NCBI GenBank assembly: GCA_951406725.2
Contig: OX597829.1
Span: 30,690,001 to 30,754,000 of the forward strand
Source: Octopus vulgaris
Lineage: Eukaryota
Length of the DNA stretch: 64,000 nt
Reading direction: 5' to 3'
Positions 13,628 through 26,880 of the stretch are shown here, piece by piece. Position numbers and translations under genes: made by a program. Position 1 is the stretch's first letter. Every line of letters begins with the position of its first letter. Below the pieces are notes generated by a model, which saw nothing but the letters and a program-made list of their open reading frames with translations, had not been told where the DNA came from and searched no databases.

Positions 13628-13992
13628 AACAAGAGCACTCAGAGAGTGCAAACCTCCGCCTAGGCAACATCAACTTCCTCTCAATGATTAGCCAGAGATG
13701 ATTCTTAAAATTAGAATATCTGAAATAAACTCCACTGCTCTCACAAATGAGAATACTAAAAATGAAGCCAACCACTCTCAAAAATTAAGTTAAAACACAG
13801 GAAAAATAATCCAGAACCCTTGTCCGGTACCAGATTGATCCTAAAATCTAATCAGTTTGTGCCAGTCATGAGGTCAAACATCCCTGAAAGTTTCATCCAC
13901 ATCCATCCAGTGGTTCTTGAGATATCTTGTCTATGGAAAACAAACAAATTCAACTGGAAATAATACCTCCGCCTTCACTAAGGCAGAGGTAA
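13628..13992 (-). mobile_element. Non-autonomous Helentron-associated (HINE/DINE-1-like) element
   Basis: On the minus strand: a 5' hairpin ACCTCTGCCTT-AGTG-AAGGCGGAGGT, a matching 3' subterminal GGCGGAGGT and a terminal stem-loop GCACTC-TCT-GAGTGC. It sits in (TTA)n. Confidence 0.65.
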
Positions 13993-14699
13993 TAATAATA
14001 ATAATTTCAAATTTTGACACAAGGCCAGCAAGTCTGGGCAGGGGTAAGTTGATTACATCAGCCTCGGTGTTTAACTGCTACTTATTTTATCCCGAGAGGA
14101 TGGAAGGTAAAGTTGATCTAGGTGGAATTTAAACTCAGAATGTGAAGACAGACGAAATGTTGCTAAGCATTTTTCCTGGCATACTAATGATTTTGCCTGC
14201 TCACTGCCTTATTGATAATAATAATTATAATAATTATAATAATTCCTAACATAGACACAAGGCTCGAAATTTGGTTGGGGGTGGGGGATTAGTTAAATCC
14301 CTTATCTAAATCCAGTATTTTACTGATAGGTGTATTTGATTTTTATCAGTCCCTGCAAGGAAGGAAGGAAAAGTTGACGTCAGTGGAATTTGAACTCTGT
14401 GTGTAAAGAATTGAAATAAATATTGCAGAGCATTTTATCTGAATTTTTGATGATTTTTGCCTATTCAACACCTTAATAAATCATCAGGAGCTGACAGGTC
14501 AGAAGGCCACATCCCACTTAATCAACTCAGTTTAAGTATAGTTCCTATGTCAAGGTGCCTTTCTTAACATCAACTGCTGTTCTCTATTCCATGCTTGCGT
14601 TAGAACACAGGATTTTCCTGCACCACATGTTGCCAAATATAGTTGTGTCATCTCTTTTGTGAGGTTCGTTATCTTGTGATTAGTTTTCGTCACATTGTA

Positions 14700-15250
14700 C
14701 TGGTGACATGTGAAAGGCACCCAGTACACTTGAGAGTAGTTGGCATTAGGAAGGGCATCAAGCTTTAGAAACCATGCCAAAAAAGACTGGAGCCTGGTGC
14801 AACTCTCCAGCTTACTATCTCCATTTAAACCATCTAACCCACACCAGCATTGGAAATGGTTGTTAAATGATGATGATGTCCCATATTTTTTTCTTTGTCT
14901 TTCCCTTCCACAGACATCTTCCACTTTGAGAACTTAGCACCTTCTTTGTGGTTGTTATCAGCCATGTGCATTACATGGTCATACCAATACAGTCTTCTTT
15001 CTTGTATACTACATCTTATTCCTCTTATACACAGCTTTTCTCTCAGGTCATTTGAGCTCTGTCATTCATACACACAAACATTACATGTCCACTAAAGCTT
15101 GCTTGCTTCATTTCTTTCTAGTCTTCAAGAATCTGTATAGTACAAAAGCATTCTGCTTTTCACTCTGAAGGTGGGTGGGGCTCTTTACTGCCATCAAGAG
15201 AAAGTAACTTCTTGAACTGCCCTACCTGGCAACTATGCTTTTGGGGAACC
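14700..15250 (-). mobile_element. Decayed RTE LINE 3' pieces (UTR tail plus ORF2 end)
   Basis: 14700-14880 matches the plus-orientation RTE tail (AAAGGCACCC...TTGGCATTAGGAAGGGCATC...(GAT)n). 14880-15250 is an antisense decayed ORF2 end (RLYWYDHVM-like). Confidence 0.55.
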
Positions 15251-18200
15251 TAACCCTGCTGCTGCTAATTTAGTCAGTTAAGTCATGAAAATTATTGATT
15301 ACATCAAGGGAGACATCAGGATAGTTGAGAGAATAGGTTACTCCGAATACTCTCACACTTAATGTTCCTGTGCTAGATATATATAAATGAAAGCTACTTC
15401 TGCTTTTAGCCTGCTGCTCATCTGATGCTCTTGTTTCTCTATTATTCACACTAAGCACACTATATGGAGTTTCTATCTACTACTTTTCTGTGTATTATTG
15501 AGTTTCAATAAATAATAATAAGTGGCACAAGGCCAGATAATTAAGGGAAGAGAATAGGCAGTTGCATTGACAATGGATATATTTTATTGACCTGAGAGAG
15601 ATGAAAAGAATATTGACCTCTTCAAGATTTGAACTCAAAATCTAAAGAGCTGGAGCAAAAACCACAAAGTGTAGGAGAGAATATGGCATAATTAATTTAT
15701 ATATTTTACTAATTTCCAATGGATTTCTTGAGTCCAAATCCCTAAATATTAAGAAGCATTTAGCTTTATCATTTCTTGAATTTGTGTTCTTCATAAAGAA
15801 TTTTGGATAGAAATGGCTAGAGATGTTCTTGAGTTGTAGATGTGAAAAGACTTTTATATCAAAAATTCATCTTACACACAGTTCTGATAATAAAGATGCC
15901 CTGCGACAAATCTCATACAACAGAGGAGATGAATCTTTTCATGCTGAAAGGCCACAGTGGAAGAACCTTCTTCACTCTGAAAATGCAGCATTTCCAGAAA
16001 AAAATTTTTCTCTGCTAAATTTATTCATCATCAACATTTTTAATGTCCACTTTCCCTGCTTGCGTGGGTCAGACAGAGTTTATTGAAGTAGATTTTTTAC
16101 AAAATGCACTTCCTATCACCAACTCTCACTTGTTTCCAAGTAAGGTAATATTTCCCTTTGGCCAGACATGTTTTCATAGATAATGAAATTGAATGACTGT
16201 GGCACTCATTTACAGCTGTCATGTGACATTAAGATAATGACATTAAGATAATGAGTTCAAATCTTGAAGAGGTCAATATTCTTTTCATCCCTCTCAGGTC
16301 AATAAAATATATCCATTGTCAATGCAACTGCCTATTCTCTTCCCTTAAATCTCTGGCCTTGTACCACTGGTGTGTGTGTGTATGTTTATATATAAATATA
16401 CATAAATCATTGTCATTTAGCGTCCACTTTTCCATACTTGCATGAGTCAGATGTAATTTGTTGAGGCAGATTTTCTACAGCAAGGCTAGATGCCATTTCT
16501 GTTGTCAGTCTTCACCTGTAAGTTAGTATTTTCCCATAGCTAGACATGTTTTTCACAGTGTACTGGAAACAAATGGCCTTGCTTGTATGACAATGATGTT
16601 TATTTACAGCCATCATGTGACATCTAGACAAAGTTACACGTGCACACACACTCACACGCTTCTATCATAAGGCTTTGGCTATCCCAGGGCTACGTAGTAG
16701 GAGACACTTGCTGATGGTGCCATGCAGTGGGATTGAACCCAAAGGCACTTGGTTGATAATCAAACTCCTTGACCACACAGCCATGCTTGCACTTGGTAAA
16801 TATATCATTTAATTAAATATGGAATTATTCAAGAAAACTCTAGCAAAGTGTTAAAAGGCAGTACTTTGAAATAAGCAGCTTTGTTGTGACTTTTAATTTT
16901 AAAAAAATTTCTTTGGACTCCAGTGTTTTAAGTAAAATTGTTAATTACATTAAATGAGTTAATACAAGTGTAGATAAGAAATATTAATAAGGAATTTTAA
17001 AATTCATAATTGGTTTGAAAAGATAAGCTAATAAAATTAAATCAATAGAATTATATTCTAGTATGACTTTTGCCTTCAAAATTTTGTACTTCTTTTAGAA
17101 GGTTGTACTTAATGTTTAGAAAACTGCTATTGTATGAAGCTGTATATCTATTGTACAACATACTTTTTTCTTGGAAGTGCTAAGAGCAGAAAAGTATTGT
17201 TTGGAAGATTTTAGGCAAGGCCACGGTATTGCTTATTTGAGCTCAAGAAATCTGATACAGTCCTGAGAGAGAAAGAGAAAGGAATATTATGAAAGAGAGA
17301 GAGAGAGGAATATTGTGAAAGAGAGAGAGGGTACTAATTTTTCAGTAAGTTCTCATTATGCAGAACCATAACAGAAGGGTTCCATGAAGTAGGAATAACA
17401 TGTCTAATTGCAATACTTTCCAAGGTCTTGTGAAATTCTCTTTAATTCTGCAGTTTCATGTTTACAGCGCAGTTTGCGTGTGACATTTTCTCATCAATTA
17501 TTCAATAGTGCTCACTTATTGCATGACGATGCACAATAAAAAGCAGACTATCATTGCCTGACCAGCTGTTTCACCTTGTTCTGTCATAATGTTAGCAGCA
17601 GCTCTCCTGCTGGATTTAATATATGTTGACTTGTAACACTCGCAGAATAAGTTAACCTGTGGTATGTCTCTGATGAAATAACATCAAAGGAGTTAAAGAT
17701 GATGATGATGATGATGATGTTCAAAGCATCATCATCAAAGTCAATCTCACTACCACCACCACCATCATCAATACCATGTTCCAACTTTTGTTTCCAAGCT
17801 GAAATGATTCATTTTCTAATTTATTTTTATTGCTATTTGTGAACAATAAGTTTTGTTGGTTACAGATTTGTGACTAGTCAGGCACTGATTCACTGTAATT
17901 TTGATGGCAACAGTAACAAGGGAGTATCTGTAATTCATTGTAAAACAAATATCACAACCAATTTTGTTCATGGATTTCTTTTTCTATTATTGTCTGATTT
18001 TTTTTTTTTCGATTATTGTCCAATCTTTCCCTCTTGTCATTTGTTCATTTATTTATTTCATTAATTGTTTCCCTTATATTCAGTTATTTATATGAATCAC
18101 ATGCAGATCTGCTCACAAACCCTCTTGCACCCAGCTCTGTGGTGAGGACTTTGATTTGGAAACCACATTCTCCCAGATTGATTACATGACTCTGTGCATC

Positions 18201-18256
18201 AATGTGATATGACAAGCAGTTCTGAAGTTTTTCTTCATTTAACTCTACTACAGGCA

Positions 18257-18295
<39 letters not shown>

Positions 18296-19614
18296 CATCT
18301 TAGTAAGTACTGCTTCTGGTATTGGTCCAGTTTCCAGCGAAGCTATTTCACTTCACTCTTTCCTTATAATTTTGCTTCCTTATCCATTACAACCAGTAAT
18401 GAAGTGAAAATTAAAGTCATAGATTCTGCTAGCATCAGCTATAGAGTACTTTCATTAGTAAATGTTTGTTGTTACTTCTCTCTTAAATATGACTATATGA
18501 AGAGGATAAATGCATATAAGTGCCAGAAGGAAAAGAGAGACTCAACCGGGTAGAATGTTTAAGAGAAGATTTTATTTATATGTTAACGTGTGTGTATGCG
18601 TCATATATGCATAATAATAGACAGGCCGTCATGTATAGAAAGTGTATGTGTGTGCATTATGTACAGAGCATTGAAAGAGTCTATAATATAATGTTAGAAG
18701 AATGTTCAGACACAAGGATGATAAATACCAGTTCGTAGTCAAGGTACATGATAGTTGAAGTGCAGTAACAAGAAGTTGTGGTTGCAGTGCAGAGTTGGTT
18801 GAGGCACATGTATAAGAAGTGATGGCTACCATGCTGCTGCTGGTCACTTGATATAGGAAGTTCCTCGCAGGTTGTATTTACTGTTAACCATGGTGAAGTA
18901 ATTCACAGACAGTGTTGAGATAGAACCTGTGTGACGGTTGCTGTGTATGTAAAGAGATGTTGTTGACTATGTTAAGATGAAGGAGGCGACGAAGAAAGTG
19001 ACTGCCATATGCTGTTAGATGAGTGTTGCATCTCCATGTAGCTGCTGGAACTGGCTGTGTCCTGTGTGGTCAATGACTAGACCTTAATGGTCTGGAACCG
19101 AAAGACAAAAGACAGTGTAAAGCTAGTGTTTTATACTATGCTATCGGCTCACCAGAAGTTTGGAAGAGACTGTCTCACGTGACCTTATTAGAAGGCTGCG
19201 ATTGGTTGGGTTGGATATTGGCATGCAATAGAGCAAGAGACGAACTGTGCCAATGCCAACCAATCAGAGTAGTGAACACAACAGGGTCCAAAAGGGTGGC
19301 CAAAGGCTAGCTGTTATCCACTATATCCATATTTATGTATATATAACAGAGAGAGAGAGAGGAATTTCACTAAGTGTGGAAGACAAAATAGACGATAAAA
19401 AAGGTAGACCTATCTGTAGCGAAGAGGTGAAATTTGAAAGAACAGTTAGTCATGAAGGTGGCACTGGGTCACCAATTTGTAGACGTCCGTGTGAACATCG
19501 GGCTGCATGTTCGAATCCCGTCGTGGTCACCATTTTATAATGGATGGCAAGGTTTACGATATTTATGTTATCGGGAGAATATCGCCTTCTTCCATTATCT
19601 CTTTTTGTTCTTTG

Positions 19615-20040
19615 TGTAGTTCAGGCTCCAGCAGGTGAAGAGAGAAGACTTCAAGTACAAATGCAATGTACAACTGGTTTATTTACAAGTTTCACAGGCT
19701 AGGTGAAGTGTGCTGCTCTCAGCAACCATCTTTAGCTCTGTGTGTTGCGTAGTAGCTCCGTTAGTGCAGGCATATTGCCTCTGGAGGTACAACATACAGA
19801 CAGGCCCAGCCAATGGAGTGTGCTCAGCCAGCACTGCTGCTGAGAGGTGGAAAGAGAGTCAGCAAAAGAGAGAAAGAATCTCAATCTGTTTTGCCCTTAT
19901 ATACAGTTTGCCATCGTAAGCCTCGTTGTGATCTTGCGCATGGCAAATGGATGCAGGTGAGGTCTCGCTCCAGTCTCAGAGATGGCAGTGGCTGCAGCGA
20001 GATCTCATCCAATATGATGCTGACTGCTTGTGCCGCTACA
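19615..20040 (-). mobile_element. Probable solo LTR
   Basis: Termini TGTAG...CTACA. The minus strand has a TATA-like GTATATAAGGG (about 19895-19905) upstream of AATAAA (19678-19683). No clear TSD. Confidence 0.5.
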
Positions 20041-20069
20041 CACACACACACATATAGTGTAGAGTTCTG

Positions 20070-20410
20070 GAATTGAGTATGATACCTGGCCTCAAGCCAC
20101 TCTTCCTGATTGTTTCTGGTTGTTTTACTCATCCTGGAAGGTCTACTGAAGACTCCCAGTCATCCACACCTCCCTGAAGCCTCTGTTCCTGTGCCTCATA
20201 TGACATAGCTGTGCCTCTGTTCCTGTGCCTCATATGACATAGCTGTGCCTCTGCCATGTAGTATGTTGTTGGAGATTCTGGTTTTACTCTTGCCATTAAA
20301 GCTCTTGATTGTGTCACCACATGTCTTACTTGGGTTAGAGCTACTTTGCAGGAGCTCAGAACATGTTCCATTGTCTGTCTACACCAGTAAAATGGGCATT
20401 CAAAATAAGT
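20070..20410 (-). mobile_element. REL-endonuclease non-LTR retrotransposon remnant (HERO/R2-like)
   Basis: CP...CRQTMEHVLSSCKVAL (zinc-knuckle-like), then DDWESSVDLPG*VKQPETIRKSGLRPGIIL (matches the LRPDIVL motif of the REL nuclease). Contains a 34-bp tandem duplication at 20179-20246. Confidence 0.7.
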
Positions 20411-21440
20411 GTGAATGTTGTAAAGTGATAATGACATTATGACTGTATGACTGGTCACTCAGCATTTTCAAAAAACCTCTGGAATAAAAGGTTCTTCACT
20501 TGAGAAACAAACAAGGGTTGGTGACAGCAGGATCCTCATCTGGCCTGTAAAATCTCACTTCAAATAACTCCACATTTAAACTTATACTCACATGGAAAAA
20601 TGACATGAAATAAACACACAAATGAACACTGTGTGTGTGTTGTGAATAAGTTTGTGTACATATGTTTAATAACTGAGTTTTCGACCTTGCTAAGTGTATT
20701 GAGCCTGTGGAAAATCCACAGGGTTCTCTCACATTGTTCTTTCTACAGAATGATAGAGAGAACAATGTAACTAGTTTCTGCTGGTTATTGCCATCTTGTC
20801 TCAAGAGCATCTGTTTATTCATGTTTGTTAAATAGAGGGAGAAAGAGAGAAAAGTAAAAGAGAGAGAGAGAGAGAGAGAAAAAAGAAAGATGAAGCAAAA
20901 GTAACAACTGTTTCTTTTATGCATTGTCATATTAGTTACATAGTGCGTGTGCTATGCACATTAGTACATATCCCAGGTAGAATGAATAAACTATAATAGT
21001 GCTGCTAAAGTACTCAACATTTATTTGGAGATGAATTATGAATAATCTTTCATATGCACTCTTTTCAGTCATTTGACTGCAGCCATGTTTTGTTGTCCCT
21101 TTTTGTATCACCTAACTGTCTGGATGTTTTGCGTTCTTGTCCCATTTTTTTTTTTTATATATTAAAAAATATAGCGGTGTATGTACACTTTGGTCTCGTA
21201 TATATATATATATATATACATATATACAATTGGCTTCTTACAGTTTCCTTCTACCAAATCCACTAACAAGGCTTTGGTCAGCCCGAGGCTATACTGGAAG
21301 ACACTTGCCACCTCCTTTCCATAGTGCTGTGTAACAGGAACAAGCCTCATACCATGTAATTTGTAAAGTGAACTTCTTAACCATCACCATGTCAGCAGCT
21401 ATAGTATATATATATATATATGTTTGTGTGTGTATATGTA

Positions 21441-21485
<45 letters not shown>

Positions 21486-21487
<2 letters not shown>

Positions 21488-22708
21488 GGTCGTTCCATTA
21501 ATAACGTGGTGTTTTTCAATTGCATGAACTAAAAGTCAGAGGGAGACAAGATAACCTACCTGCATCAGCTTACTATAAAAGCAAGTAGTAATTTTACCTT
21601 GTACTTATTCTTAATGCAAGCCTTGAAGACTACAGTTCGATTTTAACTGTTATTTTTCTCAAAGCTATAATGGAAGTGATAAAGGAGCATATTCAGCATA
21701 TTTTACTTTATGAGTTCAATAAAGACCAACAACGCAACGGAAAATGCAAGGAATATCAGTGCAGTATATGGGCATTGGACAGTAAGTGTAAGCCAGTGTC
21801 AACGGTGGTTCTAGAAATTCTGAGCCAGAAGACAAGCCTCATCCTGGAAGATCTGTAGAACTCAATGAGGACATCCTGCAAACCCTGGTAGAACAAAATC
21901 CCATTATAATTGTTGAGGAACTAGAAGAGAAGTTTGGATTTGGTCATTCAACCATTCATCAACACCTGCATACCATTGGAAAAGTCAGCAAATTGAGTCA
22001 GTGGGTTCCTCACAAACTTTCTGAGTCAAATTAAGTGCAGAAAGTGAATGTGTGCTTTTCTTTGTTGTCATATCTCACAAATAAGCCTTTTTTTGGACCA
22101 AATAGTGACTAGTGACAAGAAATGGGTTCTCTATAAAAATGTCAAGCACTGTAGGTAGGGAAAGGAGAAACACTGGCACCCCAGTCTAAAGAAGGTCTGC
22201 ACCTACAAAAGGTGTTGTTATCTGTTTGGTGGGATATGAAAGGTTTAGTCAGCTTTGAACTTTTAAACCTAAACCAAACAATAGCAAGAGGTCTATTGTG
22301 AGCAGCTTGAGTGACTAAAGTCAGCAAGAAAAACTAGAAGAAAAACGACCATCTTTGGTTTCAAGACAAAAGGATAATGCTTGACCACATACAGCATAGA
22401 TAACATTCCAAAGGCTGGAGCATTTTGAAAGGGAAACAATGCCCCATATACCATATTTGCCAGACATTGCCCCATCTGATTATCATTTATTTGGACAGAA
22501 CAAATATGAATTCTGTAGGCGAGATCAAAACAGCACTGGAGGAATATTCTTCATCATGGACAAGTGAATTTTGGAAGAGGGGCCTTGCAATTCTACCAGA
22601 TAGATGGAAGAGCATTGTAGAAAATGAAGGAGAAGATATTTCAGATTAAAAAAGAACTCTATCTTAGTTTTGAAAAATAAAAGTAGCATTATTTATGGGA
22701 TGACCCTA
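21486..22708 (+). mobile_element. Decayed mariner (DD34D-type) transposon
   Basis: Degenerate TIRs TGGTCGTTCCATTAATAACG / CATTATTTATGGGATGACCC. Transposase remnants MEVIKEHIQHILLYEF, IVTSDKKWVLYKN, KVLLSVWWDMKG, PYLPDIAPSDY and FWKRGLAILPDRWKSIVENEG. Confidence 0.9.
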
Positions 22709-22939
22709 TATATATATATATATATATCACCGTGGCCGACCAGGCTATTAGATGTTGTTACACATCGCTGGTCACAATGCGCTTCACATTGTTTTAGCCT
22801 TCAAATGATGCCACTCAGCTGGCTAAGCGAGCAGGCCAGTATATATATACATACACACACACATGTACATATATACATAAGCATTTGTAAATGTTGAACA
22901 ATGAAAAGGAGTGTTCAACGTTGCATTGGTGGATAAAGT

Positions 22940-23139
22940 TTCTTTATTTGTGTATTAAAGCTACTGTTGGTTTCATATCAAGAAATATATCTTAAAATCC
23001 TAACAATTTTTGGAGCCTTTTTCATCCGAAATGGAGACGAACACCATTCTTCCATCTGATCAGCTTGAAAAATTGTTCAGGCATTAAGATGTTTTTCTTA
23101 ACATGAAACCAATGGTAGCCTTAATACACAAATAAAGAA
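22940..23139. repeat. Imperfect inverted repeat, ~70-bp arms (Penelope-terminus-like)
   Basis: TCTTTATTTGTGTATTAAAGCTACTGTTGGTTTCAT...AACAATTTTT is mirrored by AAAAATTGTT...ATGAAACCAATGGTAGCCTTAATACACAAATAAAGA. Confidence 0.8.
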
Positions 23140-23578
23140 CACACACACTATATATATGTGTATATATATATATATATTGTTTGTTCTTTTCCTTGTTTCA
23201 GTCATTGGACTGAGGCCATGATGTGGCTACTGCTTTAAAGGGTCTTTTAGTTGATCAAATTGACACCAGTGCTTAAGTATTATACTTATTCTATCAGTCT
23301 CTTTTTTGTTGTCAAGTGGTGAGGGACAACCACAGATATGCACATAAAAGCATATGTTTCATGGGCTTCTGCACTGTTTCTGTTTACCACATTCACTCAC
23401 AATGTATTGGTTGGCCTCAGGCAATAGTAGAAGATACTTGCTCAAGGTTCTGTGCAGTGAGGCTGAACCCATAACCATGTGATTGTGAAGCAAACTCCTT
23501 AATCATACAACCATTTCTATGCCCCCCTCTCTCACTCTTCCTCCCTCTATATATATATATATACACACACAGACACGC

Positions 23579-23712
23579 ATAGTAATGCCTGGATATACGA
23601 GTTAATTTGTTTCTGGAGAATGCTCGTAAAGCAAAAACAGAAAATAAAACCTGTAAAATCTCTATAACCTAGGATCTCGCAAAGCAGGTCCTCTTAAAGT
23701 GAGGTATTACTC
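23579..23712. mobile_element. Small pogo/Tigger-like MITE remnant
   Basis: Degenerate termini AGTAATGCCTGGATATACGAG / CTCTTAAAGTGAGGTATTACT. Confidence 0.4.
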
Positions 23713-24559
23713 TGTGTGTGTTTTTTTTTATTGCCCACAGGGGGCTAAACACAGAGGGGACAAACAAGGACAGACAAAGGGATTAAGTCGATTACATCAA
23801 CCCCAGTGCATAACTGGTATCTATTTTTATCGATGGGAAATGAAGTGTTTTGCTCAAGAATAAAACAACTTGGTTTGGGAATTGAAACCTCGATCTTACA
23901 TTCGTGAGCATAACAGCCTTAACCACTAAACCATGTGTCTCTTCATATATATATTGTGTGTGTGTGTATACACACATATACATATATATATGGCCAACTC
24001 TGATAATGAATTATATATATATATGTGTGTGTGTATGTAAGCATGTATGTATATATAATTTATTATCAGAGTTGGCCAATCAATTTAATGTGAGATTTTA
24101 GCCAAGTCATACAGGTGTGTTATCTGTGTCATATAATTTAGAGTAGTAGTCATGGTTGTGGTGATGGTGGTGGTGACAGCAGTATTTCTGGTGGCAACAA
24201 CAGTGTTTGTTGATGAAAGCTGTAGTAGTATTAGTAGTTTTGGTAATTATGGTAGTGGTAGAGGTTGATGTAAATTTTAATATATTTTTTTTGTAATGAT
24301 GCCAATATTGTAATATTATTTGTTAGTGGAACATCAGTGACAGCGTGTATGGTTTCAGTTGCGTGGTGGTGTTGGAGGTAGTTCATGTTTGTTGTGGCAG
24401 TTGTGTGGTATAAAAACAAATGAGAATGAGGAAGCATAGACAAAAGAGCACTAGCGAAGATTTAGTAAAAGCATCATATCTATGTATACATGTATATACA
24501 AATGCAAACATTCACATGTTTTGGTACATATATAAACATATATATATTCTCTGAAATGT

Positions 24560-24960
24560 AGGCATAGGAGTGGCTGTGTGGTAAGTAGCTTGCTTACAAA
24601 CTACATGGTTCTAGGTTCAATCCCACTGCATGACACCTTAGGCAAGTGTCTTCTACTATAGCCTCGGGCCGACAAAAGCATTGTGAGTGGATTTAGTAGA
24701 CGGAAACTGAAAGAAGCCTGTCGTATATATATGTATGTATGTGTGTGTATATGTTTGTGTTTCTGTGTTTGTACCCCCAACATCACTTGACAACCGTTGC
24801 TGGTGTGTTTACGTCCCCATAACTTAGCAGTTCGGCAAAAGAGACTGATAGAATAAGTACTAGGCTTACAAAGAATAAGTCCTGGGGGTTATGTGCTCAA
24901 CTAAAGGTGATGCTCCAGCATGGCCACAGCCAAATGACTGAAACAAGTATAAGAGTAAAG
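24560..24960 (+). mobile_element. tRNA-derived SINE (family A), full length
   Basis: GGAGTGGCTGTGTGGTAAGTAGC...GGTTCAATCCCACTGC...TTAGGCAAGTGTCTTCTACTATAGCCTCGGGCCGAC, an internal (TA/TG)n, then ...CAGCATGGCCACAGCCAAATGACTGAAACAAG. Other copies at about 31748-32230, 40850-41210 and 62260-62580 (+), and 23190-23520 and 54230-54497 (-). Confidence 0.85.
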
Positions 24961-25899
24961 AGAGATAGTTCAAATTTACAGAAAGCAAAATATGAAAACA
25001 GATGAGGGAACAACAAGCAGGCGTATTAGTTTGACGCTCGGGAAGAATGGAAAAAGTCTTTGATATTTTGAGCCTATGCTCTATGAGAGAAAGAGATGAG
25101 AGGACGAAAAAAATGTCTAGGGCTTAACGATTCCTCATCTTTGTATGAATGTCTTCACATATAAATGCATTAATTAGGTTGTTTCTTGTGTATTATGATT
25201 TTAGGTGAAGAGATAAGTGGGCGTCGCTAGTCTGCAGTGAGGGTCACTTCAGATAAATAATGGTATCTTCTAGTCACATCGATAAATAAGATTACATACT
25301 GCACTGCATTGTACTAAATATGACTTACCAAGAGATTTAGCAAGTGATTAAACTTCATTGTGATGATGATGATTTTGTTGTTACCATGAGATGCCATGTC
25401 CCTTGAATGGCTTTGATTTGTTTGAATGTGGCTTCATTAAATGTCTGCGAGTTAAATCATTTTTGCGCACATATTGTTCCCTAGAATTAAGCTCTTGCAG
25501 TCAGATGTCTTATTGTCTGAGCATATAAATAAATGATAATAATTATGACTCTTTCGCAAGGTTTACAATTTTGTGTGCATATGGAAAAGCTGTTACTTCA
25601 AGGGTGATTGTCATTACAGAGCCAATAGAGAAAGTGTGTTTGCAAGGTTTATAATGAAATGAAATGTTGAAAAAATAATGCTATACATAGATGTGTGTAA
25701 ATTGTGGTAATTTCCCAAGCAGAGACTGCTGTTTAGGGGCAGTTAAGAAACCCTATAGATTCAGGATTACCTTAACTAACAATAGTATGTACCTTCTCCC
25801 AGTTGTTGTTCTTTGACTTCTTGGTGTATGTTGAGCATAGGACCATTCACTTAAACTCTGCTCAATACTCTCATCATCTGTCAAGGAAATTTGCTAGAG

Positions 25900-26880
25900 T
25901 GCAGAACCTCTCTCTTCGCTCTCGCCTTCCACTCCAGGTGATGTCTTGGTAAAAAAATGAAGGCATCTGTCCTCAAACTTTTTGGTCATGTAAACCACAC
26001 AAGTTCTTTTACTATAACCAAAGGAAAATTGTCTGTTCTTTCAAGCCACTTCCTTTGGCCAGGAAGGATATGCAAGCAGAGTGATTGTCAAGCAAGGTGA
26101 TCACCAAGCTGTAATTGGCTGATAACTAGATCTGTCCTACACTTTACAACAGCTGTTTGACATACTGCCATAAGTCAGACACCAAATCACTGTGTGCAGA
26201 ATTGTTCAATCATTTTGACTGTACCCCAGACAAGCGCGTTTATCTTAAACTATCAATGCCTCTCATGTAGCACTGCTAGGCTAGAGATGTCATTCAGAGT
26301 CTCAGACTGAAAGTCTTCATAATTAGCCTGTTGGGTGGGTTTCATTGATGCTTGGAGTTCATCGAAGAATATCGCCATTCTTCCATGCTGCTAGTCCTCT
26401 ATAGAATGCTAATGTGGAAGTTCTATGGACTTTATTACTAATCCGGAAGAGGGCTTCATTTTCCTGACAACACTCTAGAGGCAGTTTGGACTGAAGCTTT
26501 GTCAAAAAAAATGATTTGAGGGAAAACCTGCCTGTCAAAGGGTGACTGCACTTTCTTGCCATTGAGGGATCTGTGTAGATGGGAATAACCTCAGTACGTA
26601 TCTGAATATTCATCAGTTCTCCCATTCAAAACTTGTTGACAGCTGATATGCTGCTTGCTCAGAAGGATGCATTCTTTTCTATAAGAATCTATAGGTATAA
26701 TCAAACAAAATGCTGGACAAGGAATAGTGGCCAGGTGGTAAATATATAGCAGTAGGTGATGTATGCATTCACCATTTTGGTGCAACTTTTTCTCGACCCG
26801 TTTCATGGTGAAACTGGCTAATTTATTCATAACTTTACCCACACCACAATGCTAGTCAGTAGCATGAATTACTGCCTTTG
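25900..26880 (-). mobile_element. Heavily decayed non-LTR retrotransposon ORF2 remnant
   Basis: Higher-GC block with scattered endonuclease/RT-like fragments. No intact motif. Confidence 0.3.

Noticed and set aside
25040-25100. Minus-strand GAGCATAGGCTCAAAATATC, resembling a minimal hammerhead
   Set aside because: Both core boxes are mutated; too degenerate to call.
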